50,282 nucleotides of DNA from Candidatus Micrarchaeota archaeon (GCA_021163645.1 JAGGTN010000020.1:1-50282), one strand, 5' to 3'. Positions 14,562 to 24,558 are shown, counted from the stretch's first letter. The notes: generated by a model from the sequence alone, not told the origin. Program-made: numbers and translations.

Positions 14562-15134
14562 ATGATGGAAGATATAATCAAACAGCTTAAGGAGATGGAA
14601 ATAGTTCAGACCGAAATGCTCAATGATATGAGAGAGATTGTACGTCTCTGTTCGAGAGCCATTAAGAAAGTGCATGCTAGGGATTATGATGCTGCAAAAG
14701 AACAGGCAGGAAGGATAAAGGAGCGATTGAGAGGTTTGGTATCAATGGCAGAAAAGTATCCTAATTTTAATTCATATCGTGTTCATGCTGAGCAAGAATA
14801 TGTTGAACTTATGACTTTTCTATCATGTGTTAAGAATGATAAGATCCCTGATGTAAACGAACTAAATGTGCATTATCAATCATATTTATTGGGTTTGTTA
14901 GATGCCGTCGGTGAGTTGAGACGCGCATTGCTTGATAGGTTGAGAGATGATAATATCAAGGATGCTGAACGTATGTTCAAGTATATGAACGAGATATATG
15001 AACTTACTGTTCCTATTGTTTTCTCAGAATCGCTACTTCGCGGGTTTCGTGGTAAGCAAGATGTTGCTCGCAGGCAGGTGGAACAGGCACGCAGTGAGAT
15101 TACAATGGCTTTGATGTTTAAAAATGCTAAGTAA
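14562..15134 (+). CDS. Translin-family protein
   Basis: HAEQEYVELMTFL..YLLGLLDAVGELRRALLDRLR..AERMFKYMNEIYELT matches the archaeal translin/TRAX pattern (QEYvEA..YllGl.D..GEL.R). Confidence 0.7.
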   Translation: MMEDIIKQLKEMEIVQTEMLNDMREIVRLCSRAIKKVHARDYDAAKEQAGRIKERLRGLVSMAEKYPNFNSYRVHAEQEYVELMTFLSCVKNDKIPDVNELNVHYQSYLLGLLDAVGELRRALLDRLRDDNIKDAERMFKYMNEIYELTVPIVFSESLLRGFRGKQDVARRQVEQARSEITMALMFKNAK

Positions 15135-15164
15135 TATTTATAAATGTCATGATGAGGTGGTCAT

Positions 15165-16232
15165 GTGAGAGATAACACTTTTGTGAGAAATAATATTCTA
15201 TTGTTTATTCTATTCTTAATTCCAGTTGTTTTGTTGTTTATGGGATGCTCTTTTATGGAACATAATCATATCGGAAATCAATCGGCGAATCAGACGCAGG
15301 GTAATGTAATCAATAATACTGCTAGCCAAACAGCAAATAGGTCAGGCTCTATAGTTGCCAATCAGACATATGTGAATAATACGGATAGTATGAATGATAC
15401 GAATGTTCAATATTCTACAGGTGAGTTGTCATATACTTATGCTCCATTATCAAATATTACTGTATGTTTCATTGATGTTGGATATGGCGATTCTGTTCTG
15501 ATTAAAAAAGGAGATTTTGATATGCTTGTTGATGCTGGTAATGAAGCGTCAGGACCACATGTGGTTTCACTGTTAGATCAGTTAGGTGTTGATGATATTG
15601 AAATCATGGCATTGAGTTCTATGACTGATGACAGGATGGGTGGTATGAAATCCGTACTACAATCATATAATGCCGAACAGTTCTGGGATAATGGAGTAGA
15701 TTATCTTGAAGACAATGAGGACTATAGTTATATTTTAGATGTGTTGAATAATAGGCATACAAAGATAATCCATCCAACGAGAGGATATCATTTGTATGAA
15801 GATGGTATCTCAATCGATGTTCTTAATCCTCCATCAAATCGTTTCAATTCTATCAATAATCCTGAGGCAGATTCTTTAACATTGCTCATCAAGGATAGGA
15901 ATTTTACTTTGTTCCTTTCAGACTTATCCACCACTACTCAGAACAATCTTATCAGTGATTATCCTAATATTACAGCAAGGGTAATGAAGGTTTCACAACA
16001 TGGTGGTGGGAGTGTAGGAGTAGAGGAGAGAGTAGGCTCGTTCTTATTTATAAGTAAGCTTAGACCTGATATTGCTGTTGTATCAGTGGGTCCTAATGAT
16101 AGGGGATTACCCAATCCAACGATATTAGAATCATATAGACTGCATAATGTTGATATTTATAGAACTGATACACAAGGAACTATATGTATAACGAGTGATG
16201 GCTATCATTTAAATGCAACAACAAGCCGATGA
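15165..16232 (+). CDS. Lipoprotein with a ComEC-type metallo-beta-lactamase-fold domain (His motif degenerate)
   Basis: Lipobox LLFMGC followed by an N/T/Q-rich linker. VCFIDVGYGDSVLIKKGDFDMLVDAGNE is the ComEC-MBL signature. The HxHxDH position reads SSMTDDRMGG, and a later VSQHGGG is present. GTG start preceded by GAGGTGG. Confidence 0.65.
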   Translation: MRDNTFVRNNILLFILFLIPVVLLFMGCSFMEHNHIGNQSANQTQGNVINNTASQTANRSGSIVANQTYVNNTDSMNDTNVQYSTGELSYTYAPLSNITVCFIDVGYGDSVLIKKGDFDMLVDAGNEASGPHVVSLLDQLGVDDIEIMALSSMTDDRMGGMKSVLQSYNAEQFWDNGVDYLEDNEDYSYILDVLNNRHTKIIHPTRGYHLYEDGISIDVLNPPSNRFNSINNPEADSLTLLIKDRNFTLFLSDLSTTTQNNLISDYPNITARVMKVSQHGGGSVGVEERVGSFLFISKLRPDIAVVSVGPNDRGLPNPTILESYRLHNVDIYRTDTQGTICITSDGYHLNATTSR

Positions 16233-16237
16233 ATTTC

Positions 16238-16396
16238 TTAATCTTCTTTTCCAAATTCTTTCTTTGGTTTAACAAAAATATATCCACATCTCCAGCACCG
16301 GTATGCTCCAACGGGATTCTCAGCTCCACATCTGGGGCATTTCTGCATCTTTTTAGAGTCTGGTTTTATCTTCTTGATTAAACTCTCTCCTGCCAT
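16238..16396 (-). CDS. 52-aa zinc-ribbon protein, L40e-like paralog
   Basis: My own translation (below the track's size cutoff): MAGESLIKKIKPDSKKMQKCPRCGAENPVGAYRCWRCGYIFVKPKKEFGKED. It shares C-x2-C-x-x-N-x-VG-x3-C-x2-CGY-x3-(K/R)PKK with the L40e gene at 27965. Confidence 0.55.
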   Translation of the reverse strand: MAGESLIKKIKPDSKKMQKCPRCGAENPVGAYRCWRCGYIFVKPKKEFGKED

Positions 16397-16471
16397 GATA
16401 TTACCTCATGATTTACTTACTGATTCATTTTATGGTTGAAGACTTATAAATTTATTGTATATTCTTATTAT

Positions 16472-17422
16472 ATGTGTGATGATGTTTTGTATAAACCAAT
16501 GCTTGCTGAGCAAGGAAGTGAGAGAGACCTTGCTAGAAAGGGATATATTTTTGAGCCGAAACTCGACGGTACTAGAGCTATATGTTATTTGAACAATGAA
16601 TCAATCACGATGATCAACAGGCGTGGTAGGGATATTACATATAGATATCCAGAATTTGATTTCTCTGGAAAGGTAAAAGCAAAGACGTGCGTTCTTGATG
16701 GAGAGATTATTGTTTATGATGCTGACGGTAATCCTGATTTTAATCTTCTTCAAGGTAGGGAACAGTTGGATAATAAGATTATGATAGAACTTAGAAGCAA
16801 AGAAAATCCTGCAACTTATGTTGTGTTTGATATATTAATGAAAAACGGTAAAGACCTAACACATCTATCATTAAAGGATAGGAAGAGGATATTGGATAGG
16901 ACAATATTGGAGAGCAAGGATGGATTTAATACCATCCAAAAGATTTTCTTCACAAAGAATGGTAGAAGCCTTTATCGGATTATTAGAAAGCATAAACTTG
17001 AAGGTGTGATGGCGAAAGATATTAATAGTAGGTATTATCAAGGAGAACGAGTTCCTGCGTGGTTGAAGATAAAATACGTTAAAACGATTGATTGCATTAT
17101 TGTAGGTTATGTTCAAGAGAAAAGGATTATATCATCGCTTGCCCTTGCTCTGTATGATAATGGGAAATTGAGATATGTTGGAAGAGTAGGGACAGGAGCT
17201 ACAGAGGAGTTTTTAGAGAGATTGTATGAGAAATTAAAGGCGATTAGAGTAAAAAAGCCATATGTTGAATATTCTGATAGCAAGGATATTAAATGGGTTA
17301 AACCACGATTCGTATGCGAAATTAAATATTTAAATTTTACTAAGAAAGGAAAATTAAGAGCGCCAGTGTTCTTGAGATTGAGAGATGATAAGCCATTAAG
17401 AGATTGTGTTATTGAAGCATGA
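16472..17422 (+). CDS. ATP-dependent DNA ligase, minimal (adenylation + OB domains only; LigD ligase-domain-like)
   Basis: Motif I EPKLDGTRA, motif III YVVFDIL, motif IV EGVMAK, motif V AWLKIK, motif VI LRAPVFLRLRDDK. The start at MCDDVLYKPMLAE is preferred over the track's TTG at 16436: an A/T-rich TATA-like box (cttataaatttatt) lies ~20-30 nt upstream. Confidence 0.85.
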   Translation: MCDDVLYKPMLAEQGSERDLARKGYIFEPKLDGTRAICYLNNESITMINRRGRDITYRYPEFDFSGKVKAKTCVLDGEIIVYDADGNPDFNLLQGREQLDNKIMIELRSKENPATYVVFDILMKNGKDLTHLSLKDRKRILDRTILESKDGFNTIQKIFFTKNGRSLYRIIRKHKLEGVMAKDINSRYYQGERVPAWLKIKYVKTIDCIIVGYVQEKRIISSLALALYDNGKLRYVGRVGTGATEEFLERLYEKLKAIRVKKPYVEYSDSKDIKWVKPRFVCEIKYLNFTKKGKLRAPVFLRLRDDKPLRDCVIEA

Positions 17423-17547
17423 ATCACGTAATACTCCATAGAATACATGTTACCATGAAGCGCAATTACAGAGTATATGACATGCAAAAATAGAAACATA
17501 ATGCAAAGGTTTAATAATTTAAAATTATTCTAAATATTGGGATTTAT

Positions 17548-18330
17548 ATGAAATCTGTATGGGATGGGTCATTATCTTTTGGTTTGGTAAATATCCCTGT
17601 TAGATTATATCCAGCTATCGAGAGCCAAGCATTAGGTTTTAGGCTCTTGCACAGTAAATGTCATACGCCTTTAAAATATAAGAGATGGTGCCCGAAATGT
17701 AAGGTTGAAGTTACATGGGATGAGGTTGTTAAGGGCATTGAAATCAGAAAAGGCGAATATTATGTTCTGACGAAGGAGGATATGGAAGAGCTTAAGCCAG
17801 AGAAGACGGATACGATTGAGATAGTAGAGTTTATTGATGCCCAACAAATTGATCCAATATATTTTAACAATCATTATTATATTGCACCTAAGGTGACTAA
17901 GGAGAAAGCATTTTTCTTGTTTAAAGAGGTTCTGCAGCTCACAGCTAAGGCGGCAATAGGTCGTTTTGTAATGCGTGAGAAACAATATGTGTGTGCGATA
18001 GAATCGTATAAACGCGGTCTGCTTCTTACAACATTGAATTATAGGTATGAGATTAGAGATATAGATAAGATACCAGAACTTAACATAGTTCCTAAGCTTA
18101 AGAAGGAAGAGCTTGCTCTTGCTAAGAAGATCATTCATAAATTATATAGAGAGGAATTTGACATGGGAGAGTTCAAGGATACGTTCGCTGAAGAACTCAA
18201 GAAGATGCTTGAGTTGAGAGAGAAGGGTAAGATTGTTAAGGTTGGTGAAGTTGGAAGAGTAAAAGGTAAGGGAAGGAAGAAAGAGAAAACACTCATTGAT
18301 ATACTCAAAGCAAGTTTGAAACAGGCATAA
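17548..18330 (+). CDS. ku: Ku protein (prokaryotic NHEJ DNA-end-binding protein)
   Basis: N-terminus MKSVWDGSLSFGLVNIPVRLYPA and ..LHSKCHTPLKYKRWCPKCKVEV match the bacterial-type Ku signature; basic C-terminal tail. Confidence 0.85.
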   Translation: MKSVWDGSLSFGLVNIPVRLYPAIESQALGFRLLHSKCHTPLKYKRWCPKCKVEVTWDEVVKGIEIRKGEYYVLTKEDMEELKPEKTDTIEIVEFIDAQQIDPIYFNNHYYIAPKVTKEKAFFLFKEVLQLTAKAAIGRFVMREKQYVCAIESYKRGLLLTTLNYRYEIRDIDKIPELNIVPKLKKEELALAKKIIHKLYREEFDMGEFKDTFAEELKKMLELREKGKIVKVGEVGRVKGKGRKKEKTLIDILKASLKQA

Positions 18331-18535
18331 GCAGGACGAAGATGCGTTAATGATGCAAAGTTATCAACACGAAGAATCAAGTTAATAAACTAGAGTAAAC
18401 ATGAGTGGGCGAATGCGTAAGGCGAAATAAAACGAAATAAAATGAATTAAAGCGAATAAAATATGTAAAAAGTAAAAGTAACTGGAAACGCACACCCAAT
18501 ATTCATTTATAAATGTTAGTATGTTGATTATTTTT

Positions 18536-19603
18536 ATGTCTCATTCAGCGATTGGGTTGCCGCTTCATCCAGGTAAAGCTCCAAGATGGTTGTTTGGAAG
18601 GATGGTTAAATTATCTAAGCTTATCTCTAAGTATATCATTAATGAGTATGGCGAACAGGTTTTTATGAAGCGTCTTGCCGACCCATTATGGTTCCAATCA
18701 TTTGGGTGCGTGCTTGGATTTGATTGGCATTCATCTGGTTTGACCACAACAACAACTGCTGCTTTAAAGATAGCTTTGGATGAAGAGAATCTCGGCATAT
18801 ATGTAGCTGGTGGCAAAGGTAGGACATCTCGCAAGACACCAGAACAGATCATTAATTATGGTGATAGGTTGAGAATATCTGAAAAGGTGAAAGAGCGTCT
18901 AGTAAGAACAAGCCGTTTGACTGCTAAGATAGATAATTCGTGCATACAGGATGGGTATCAGCTATATCATCATGTTACTATATTTGGAGCTAACCATGCA
19001 GTAGTCATCCAACAGGGTATGAATAGCGATAGGTTGTATGCGAGGAGATATCATTGGTATGACCCTCATAAGAGTATTGATGTTATCAATTCAGAAAATG
19101 AGAATATTATATCACATAGGGTTAACGGCCATGATAATGATGGGCATGGTTCTATGAATGTGCTTGACCTAGCATCTCCAAAAAGCAAAAAATCAAGAGA
19201 ATATTCGTTGGATATAATTGAAGATATGCCGAGACATCATCGCGTTCTATTGAAATATCTCACAGATAAAGAAATTCAGATGTTATCCAATTTGAGTGGT
19301 GATATGTTTGATAATTATGAGGAGCTTTTACTTGTCCATGGAATAGGTCCTAAGAAACTAAGGGCGTTGGCTCTCATATCACAGTTGGTATACGGGTCAG
19401 AATTGGATTGGAATGACCCAGTTAAATTTTCATTTGCTCATGGTGGTAAGGATGGTCATCCATTTCCAGTTGATAGGGAAACCTATGATTATAACATATC
19501 TTTATTATCAGAAGCTCTTGATTATAATAATGATATATCTGGCAATAAGAACTATGATGTTAAGCATGCGATTAAAAGGTTATATAAGATTATTAAGAAT
19601 TAA
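18536..19603 (+). CDS. Conserved hypothetical protein, DUF763-like, with a helix-hairpin-helix motif
   Basis: LPLHPGKAPRWLFGRMVKL..RLADPLWFQSFGCVLGFDWHSSGLTTT resembles my recollection of DUF763. LLLVHGIGPKKLRALAL is a classic HhH (hGIGpk) motif. The ATG at 18536 lies ~25 nt after atttataaat. Confidence 0.45.
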   Translation: MSHSAIGLPLHPGKAPRWLFGRMVKLSKLISKYIINEYGEQVFMKRLADPLWFQSFGCVLGFDWHSSGLTTTTTAALKIALDEENLGIYVAGGKGRTSRKTPEQIINYGDRLRISEKVKERLVRTSRLTAKIDNSCIQDGYQLYHHVTIFGANHAVVIQQGMNSDRLYARRYHWYDPHKSIDVINSENENIISHRVNGHDNDGHGSMNVLDLASPKSKKSREYSLDIIEDMPRHHRVLLKYLTDKEIQMLSNLSGDMFDNYEELLLVHGIGPKKLRALALISQLVYGSELDWNDPVKFSFAHGGKDGHPFPVDRETYDYNISLLSEALDYNNDISGNKNYDVKHAIKRLYKIIKN

Positions 19604-19938
19604 CATATTGAAACTAGGAGCTTTGTAGGAAACTTTAGGCGTTGGTGCTGAGAATATCTTCTATTGGAATATTTATGTAAGTATCCTGTTTTCTATTCTT
19701 TTCAACAATCCTTTTCTTTATCTCATGTAAGCAATATAAATTCAGGAGCAATCAAAAATTACATAGTTTGCATTTTATTCCTTGATAGTTTAATGCCTTG
19801 GAGCCATGCACAGATTAGGATAAACGATGTGTGGTTTAATTTTTATTTTTGTTCCATAACCTCAAAACCACTGTCATTTAAAATATCTTTTCCTCACATC
19901 GCATAATCTAATTTTTAAATTTTACCTTCTTTATAATC

Positions 19939-21255
19939 ATGATGAAACTTAAGCGATTAAGAATTACTGTAGCTACGGCAGATGAAGATAAGAAAAGGTT
20001 TATTTATGAAGGTTATGAAATTCCTAAACATCAATTTAGTGGTAAAGATATTATTGTTCTTAAATTAGATAATGGGTATAATATTGGTATCAGGAAGAGA
20101 AAGGATGTTAAGATTGATATCATCGGTGAAAAAGATATCTCAATTTCTGAATACAAAAATACAACGAGAGAAATTAAGAAAAGAGCGGGGATCAGTATCC
20201 TTAATTGTGGTGGAACGATAGGTTCAAGAATTGAATACCTTACTGGTGCTGTTTTTCCTTATGTAACTGCTCAGGAGTTGATAAGACAGTTCCCTGAGAT
20301 AAAAGGTATAACCAATATCAAAACTGAGAATGTATTTTCAGTGCTTTCAGAAGATATAACGCCTAAACATTGGTCAGTAATTGCTGAGAAAGTATATGAG
20401 CACATTAAAGATGGCGCCAAAGGAATCGTGGTAACACATGGTACTGATACAATGCATTATACATCTGCAGCATTGAGTTTCATGTTGCGGAAACTCCCTA
20501 TACCAGTAATAATCACTGGTGCACAACGTAGTTCAGACAGAGGTTCGAGTGATGCTAAAATGAATTTGTTATGCTCTTTAATAGCTGCAAATTCTGATAT
20601 TGCTGAGGTGGCGGTTTGTATGCATGCCAGTATTAATGATGATAAGTGTTATGTTCATAGAGGCACTAAGGTCAGGAAGATGCATACATCTAGGAGGAAT
20701 GCATTCAAATCTATTAATATAAACCCAATCGCAGAAATCATGTATAAAAATCTCTCATTTAAAAAGTTGTCTAATTATAACCAGAAAGGAACTTATTCTG
20801 TAAAAGATATGAGATTTGATAATAGGATAAATGATAATGTTGCTCTTGTTTATTATTATCCTGGATTTAAACCCGAAATGATTAATAACCTATCTGAATA
20901 TGATGGTGTTGTGATTGCGGGTACGGGTTTGGGGCATGTGTCTACCAATCCGTTTAATGATAAATATTCAAAAAGCATCCTTGACAACATTAAAATGTTG
21001 ATAGATTCAGGGATACCTGTTGTTATGTCCTCTCAGACTATATTTGGTAGGATTAATTTCAATGTTTATACTACTGGAAGAATGCTTAAAGAAATAGGGG
21101 TTATAGGTAATTTTTGTGATTGGACACCTGAAACTGCATATGTAAAATTATGTTGGGTGCTTGGGCATGAGAAGGATTATGATAAGATAAGAAAAGAGAT
21201 GGAGATGAATCTTGTGGGTGAAATTACAGATAGGATTGTGTTAATCGATAGATAA
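19939..21255 (+). CDS. gatD: Glu-tRNA(Gln) amidotransferase subunit D
   Basis: Asparaginase-like motifs ILNCGGTIGS, VVTHGTDTMHYTSAALSF, PVIITGAQRS; size and adjacency to gatE. Confidence 0.9.
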   Translation: MMKLKRLRITVATADEDKKRFIYEGYEIPKHQFSGKDIIVLKLDNGYNIGIRKRKDVKIDIIGEKDISISEYKNTTREIKKRAGISILNCGGTIGSRIEYLTGAVFPYVTAQELIRQFPEIKGITNIKTENVFSVLSEDITPKHWSVIAEKVYEHIKDGAKGIVVTHGTDTMHYTSAALSFMLRKLPIPVIITGAQRSSDRGSSDAKMNLLCSLIAANSDIAEVAVCMHASINDDKCYVHRGTKVRKMHTSRRNAFKSININPIAEIMYKNLSFKKLSNYNQKGTYSVKDMRFDNRINDNVALVYYYPGFKPEMINNLSEYDGVVIAGTGLGHVSTNPFNDKYSKSILDNIKMLIDSGIPVVMSSQTIFGRINFNVYTTGRMLKEIGVIGNFCDWTPETAYVKLCWVLGHEKDYDKIRKEMEMNLVGEITDRIVLIDR

Positions 21256-21377
21256 AAATCTGGTGAGTTTGTGTATGTTTACAAAAAAGTAAAAATAAGA
21301 AAGCCAAAGGTAAGGGGGATAAAGAAGTATGGGAAATTAGAGCAAAGGAATAAATGAAGTATAAAGAGGGGTAAAAA

Positions 21378-23189
21378 ATGAAGTGTGGTATTGAAATACA
21401 TCAAAGGTTAGATACACATAAATTGTTCTGTAATTGCCCAAGTATTGATATGGGAGATAAGAAACCATCAATGATTATCAATAGAAAACAGTATGCGGTG
21501 AAGAGCGAGTTAAAGGAAATAGATATTGCGGCAAGGTTTGAACAGAATAAGAATAAATTATTTTCATATTATTATTATCCTGAATGTAATTGCGAGGTCG
21601 AAGCTGATGAGTCACCTCCTTTGGAGCTTAATATCGAAGCGTTGAGGATAGTGCTAGCGATTGCGTTAAAGTTAAACGCAAAACCGGTTGATGAGATTCA
21701 GGTTATGAGAAAACAGGTTACTGATGGATCTAATACCAGTGGTTTTCAAAGGACTATGCTCGTTGCTTCTGGAGGGTATTTGGATACATCTAAGGGAAGA
21801 GTAAATATAATTACGATATGTTTGGAAGAGGAGAGCGCAGGGATAGTTAAACAGGAAGGAAACCGAAGTATTTTTCGCTTGGATAGGTTGGGGATACCAT
21901 TGATAGAAATTGTTACTGCTCCAGATATCAAAGATCCTGAACATGCGAGAGAGACAGCAGAAAAGATAGGCTTGATGATGCGTCTTACGGATAAGGTAAT
22001 GAGAGGGATAGGAACTATTAGACAGGATATTAATGTATCCATAGAAGGCGGTGCAAGGGTTGAGATAAAAGGTGCTCAGCAGTTGGAGAATATACCTAAG
22101 ATATTGAACAACGAAATTAAGAGGCAGGAAAGATTAAAAGAAGTTTTAGCCAAACTCAATAAGAGATTTAATGGTAAGGTTGAGTTTGATATGTTTTACG
22201 CTGATATGACTGAAATATTTGAATCAACAGAATCTAATCTTATTAAGAAAGGCATTAAAAAAGGTGGCCGTGTTTTTGCCATGAAGTTACCTAAGCATGC
22301 TGGTATCCTTGGTTATGAATTATTGCCTGATAGAAGATATGGTACTGAATTGAGTGATTATGCAAAGGTTTCTGGGGTTAAAGGGATCATTCATAGTGAT
22401 GAGGATATGGACAAGTATAAGATCAATGAAGAAGAGATTAAATTGATAAAGATAGCACTTGCGATGAAGGATGATGATGCTTTTATTCTTGTTGTCGGTG
22501 AGAAGAATACAGCTATTAAGGCGTTGGAGTTGGTTTATTATAGGGCAAAGATGGATTATGTTCCACAGGAAACAAGAAAGGTCATTAAAGAGGTTTATAC
22601 AGCGTTTATGAGACCTTTGTCTGGTAAGGCACGTATGTACCCTGAGACAGATGTACCCCCTATAATGATAGATAAGGATATCCTAGATAGTGCTAGTAAG
22701 ATCAAAGGACCTAGCCTTGAGGAAGTTCAATCATTTCTTATATCCAAGCTTAATAAGGATCTGGCGAGTAAAATGTTGAGATCGAGAAATCTTAGGTTAT
22801 TCTTAGACATAATTCATAGGTTGAAAAACATTGATCCTAAGATTGTTGCTGTTACTCTTGAAGAGAGTTTAAAATCCTTATCGCGTGAAGGAGTGAAAGT
22901 GAATAGATTGAACAATGCATTTTTCAGTGATTTGTTTAGTTTGTATTCGAAAGGGAGTTTTGTTAAACCAGCTATCCCTGAGATAATTAAGTATTATCTT
23001 GATGAAAAAGGGAAACTTTCTATAAAGGATATTATAAAAAAGTATAAGTTGAACATCTTATCAGAATCAGAAGTGAAGAAGATAATCAAAGAAAATGATG
23101 GCAATATAAAAAGGATAATGAGCAAATATCGTCTTGTAATTGATCCTGCGATGTTAAATAGGCTGTTGGAGGGAAATGACAAAGAATGA
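21378..23189 (+). CDS. gatE: Glu-tRNA(Gln) amidotransferase subunit E
   Basis: N-terminus MKCGIEIHQRLDTHKLFCNCPS and ~600 aa length are typical of GatE; follows gatD. Confidence 0.9.
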   Translation: MKCGIEIHQRLDTHKLFCNCPSIDMGDKKPSMIINRKQYAVKSELKEIDIAARFEQNKNKLFSYYYYPECNCEVEADESPPLELNIEALRIVLAIALKLNAKPVDEIQVMRKQVTDGSNTSGFQRTMLVASGGYLDTSKGRVNIITICLEEESAGIVKQEGNRSIFRLDRLGIPLIEIVTAPDIKDPEHARETAEKIGLMMRLTDKVMRGIGTIRQDINVSIEGGARVEIKGAQQLENIPKILNNEIKRQERLKEVLAKLNKRFNGKVEFDMFYADMTEIFESTESNLIKKGIKKGGRVFAMKLPKHAGILGYELLPDRRYGTELSDYAKVSGVKGIIHSDEDMDKYKINEEEIKLIKIALAMKDDDAFILVVGEKNTAIKALELVYYRAKMDYVPQETRKVIKEVYTAFMRPLSGKARMYPETDVPPIMIDKDILDSASKIKGPSLEEVQSFLISKLNKDLASKMLRSRNLRLFLDIIHRLKNIDPKIVAVTLEESLKSLSREGVKVNRLNNAFFSDLFSLYSKGSFVKPAIPEIIKYYLDEKGKLSIKDIIKKYKLNILSESEVKKIIKENDGNIKRIMSKYRLVIDPAMLNRLLEGNDKE

Positions 23190-23249
23190 TATAAAATTAA
23201 TACATTCAATAAGTTTTTTCTTAGTTATAGTTATCTCTTTGTTATTATT

Positions 23250-23471
23250 TTAGATTCTATTTTTGTTATGGGACTCTGTATATCTTTTATAGGCCCAGAT
23301 AGCCGCATGAATGATACCTATTATTAGGCCAGCTAATATTCCTTTAACAAAATCCATAATTTTTGTTTCTGCCATGAAACTACTATCTCTAATTGTTGTA
23401 AAAATCATTGATAAAAATGCTCCCCCTGCTACTATCCATCCAATAACAATTGCTATTACTTGCCCCATCAT
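23250..23471 (-). CDS. Small two-helix membrane protein, hypothetical
   Basis: 73 aa with two hydrophobic segments (VIAIVIGWIVAGGAFLSMIF; GILAGLIIGIIHAAIWA). No homology recognised. Confidence 0.35.
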   Translation of the reverse strand: MMGQVIAIVIGWIVAGGAFLSMIFTTIRDSSFMAETKIMDFVKGILAGLIIGIIHAAIWAYKRYTESHNKNRI

Positions 23472-23511
23472 TTCTTCTTTTTCCTCATCTATTTTTAGAA
23501 ATTGATATGTT

Positions 23512-24459
23512 TTAGTTTTTTTTTCCTTCTTTCAATATATTCTGTTTTTCTCTTATATTGTGTTTATCCTTATATTCTTCCTTTCTTTTAATCTCATTTA
23601 ATATTAATTTTAATGCGTCTTCTGATAATTGTTCGACAAAACCCTCTTTTATAAAGTATGGAACATCGATATCTTCCTCCAAGGCAAGTTCAGCTACCTT
23701 AGTCCTATTAGATTTCTTATTTGTTATTTCTATCACATCAAACGAAAATGAAGCATATCTTAAAATCTTCTCATCTGTAATCGTTCCACTAAAATACCAT
23801 TCTCTCATAGCAGCATCTCTGTCAACTTTTATCGGTATTCTTTCAGTCCAATAGCCATGATAAAAACCTAATTTAACTGAGTACACTTTATCTTCACATA
23901 ATTCTATGATTCCCTTATTATAGTTGAAATATCTTAGTTCAATAGGTTCAACAAAATTTTTATCAATTGTGTATGAAAGAAAACCTCTTGAACAAAGATC
24001 TGTATAAACCAAAACTGTTACCCCTCTTATAATTGATTCAATTGAGTAATACTTATAATCTAAATAATTTTTGGTCTCATCAGATTCAAAAAAACTATCG
24101 AAAATTGTTTCTTTATTATACCAAGCATATGAATTAAGTTTTTTTTTCAATCTTATCGGAAACCAGACAAAATAAATTTTAATATATTGTTTTAATTTTG
24201 TTTCTTCTAATGAATTAAAATAGTACCTAAAATCACTTACATTCCTTCTAAGGACTTCTAATGTGGGATAATTTTCCATTAAATTTATATGGTTTTTCAA
24301 AAAATATTTGAAGGTAATGTAGTCTCTGTTGCTTAAATCTAACAAATCTTTATCTTTAAGATACTCAAGCAAGTACCGTCTAACCAATTCCTTGTGTTCA
24401 TAACCTCTGACATGATTCCAAATCATATTTACGAGTTGTTTATTTTTAGAACCTCCCAT
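23512..24459 (-). CDS. Hypothetical protein (orphan, Lys/Tyr/Phe-rich)
   Basis: Long uninterrupted ORF in a very AT-rich segment, divergent from the TrmB-like gene. No motif recognised. Confidence 0.5.
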   Translation of the reverse strand: MGGSKNKQLVNMIWNHVRGYEHKELVRRYLLEYLKDKDLLDLSNRDYITFKYFLKNHINLMENYPTLEVLRRNVSDFRYYFNSLEETKLKQYIKIYFVWFPIRLKKKLNSYAWYNKETIFDSFFESDETKNYLDYKYYSIESIIRGVTVLVYTDLCSRGFLSYTIDKNFVEPIELRYFNYNKGIIELCEDKVYSVKLGFYHGYWTERIPIKVDRDAAMREWYFSGTITDEKILRYASFSFDVIEITNKKSNRTKVAELALEEDIDVPYFIKEGFVEQLSEDALKLILNEIKRKEEYKDKHNIREKQNILKEGKKN

Positions 24460-24558
24460 AATCTCACTAATATTTTCTACCCTTCAGTATATTTTAATAT
24501 ATGTCACCTTACAATAAGTTGACAAAACTAATATAAATTTTGATGGTTGTATATATCT

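Noticed and set aside
19664-19906. 80-aa ORF in the 335-bp gap between the DUF763-like gene and gatD.
   Set aside because: No RBS and an atypical composition for a coding region; it is likely promoter or spacer DNA. The same judgement applies to 26711..26899, 28300..28491, 27947..28195 (antisense to rpl40e) and 28664..28957 (overlaps nac antisense).
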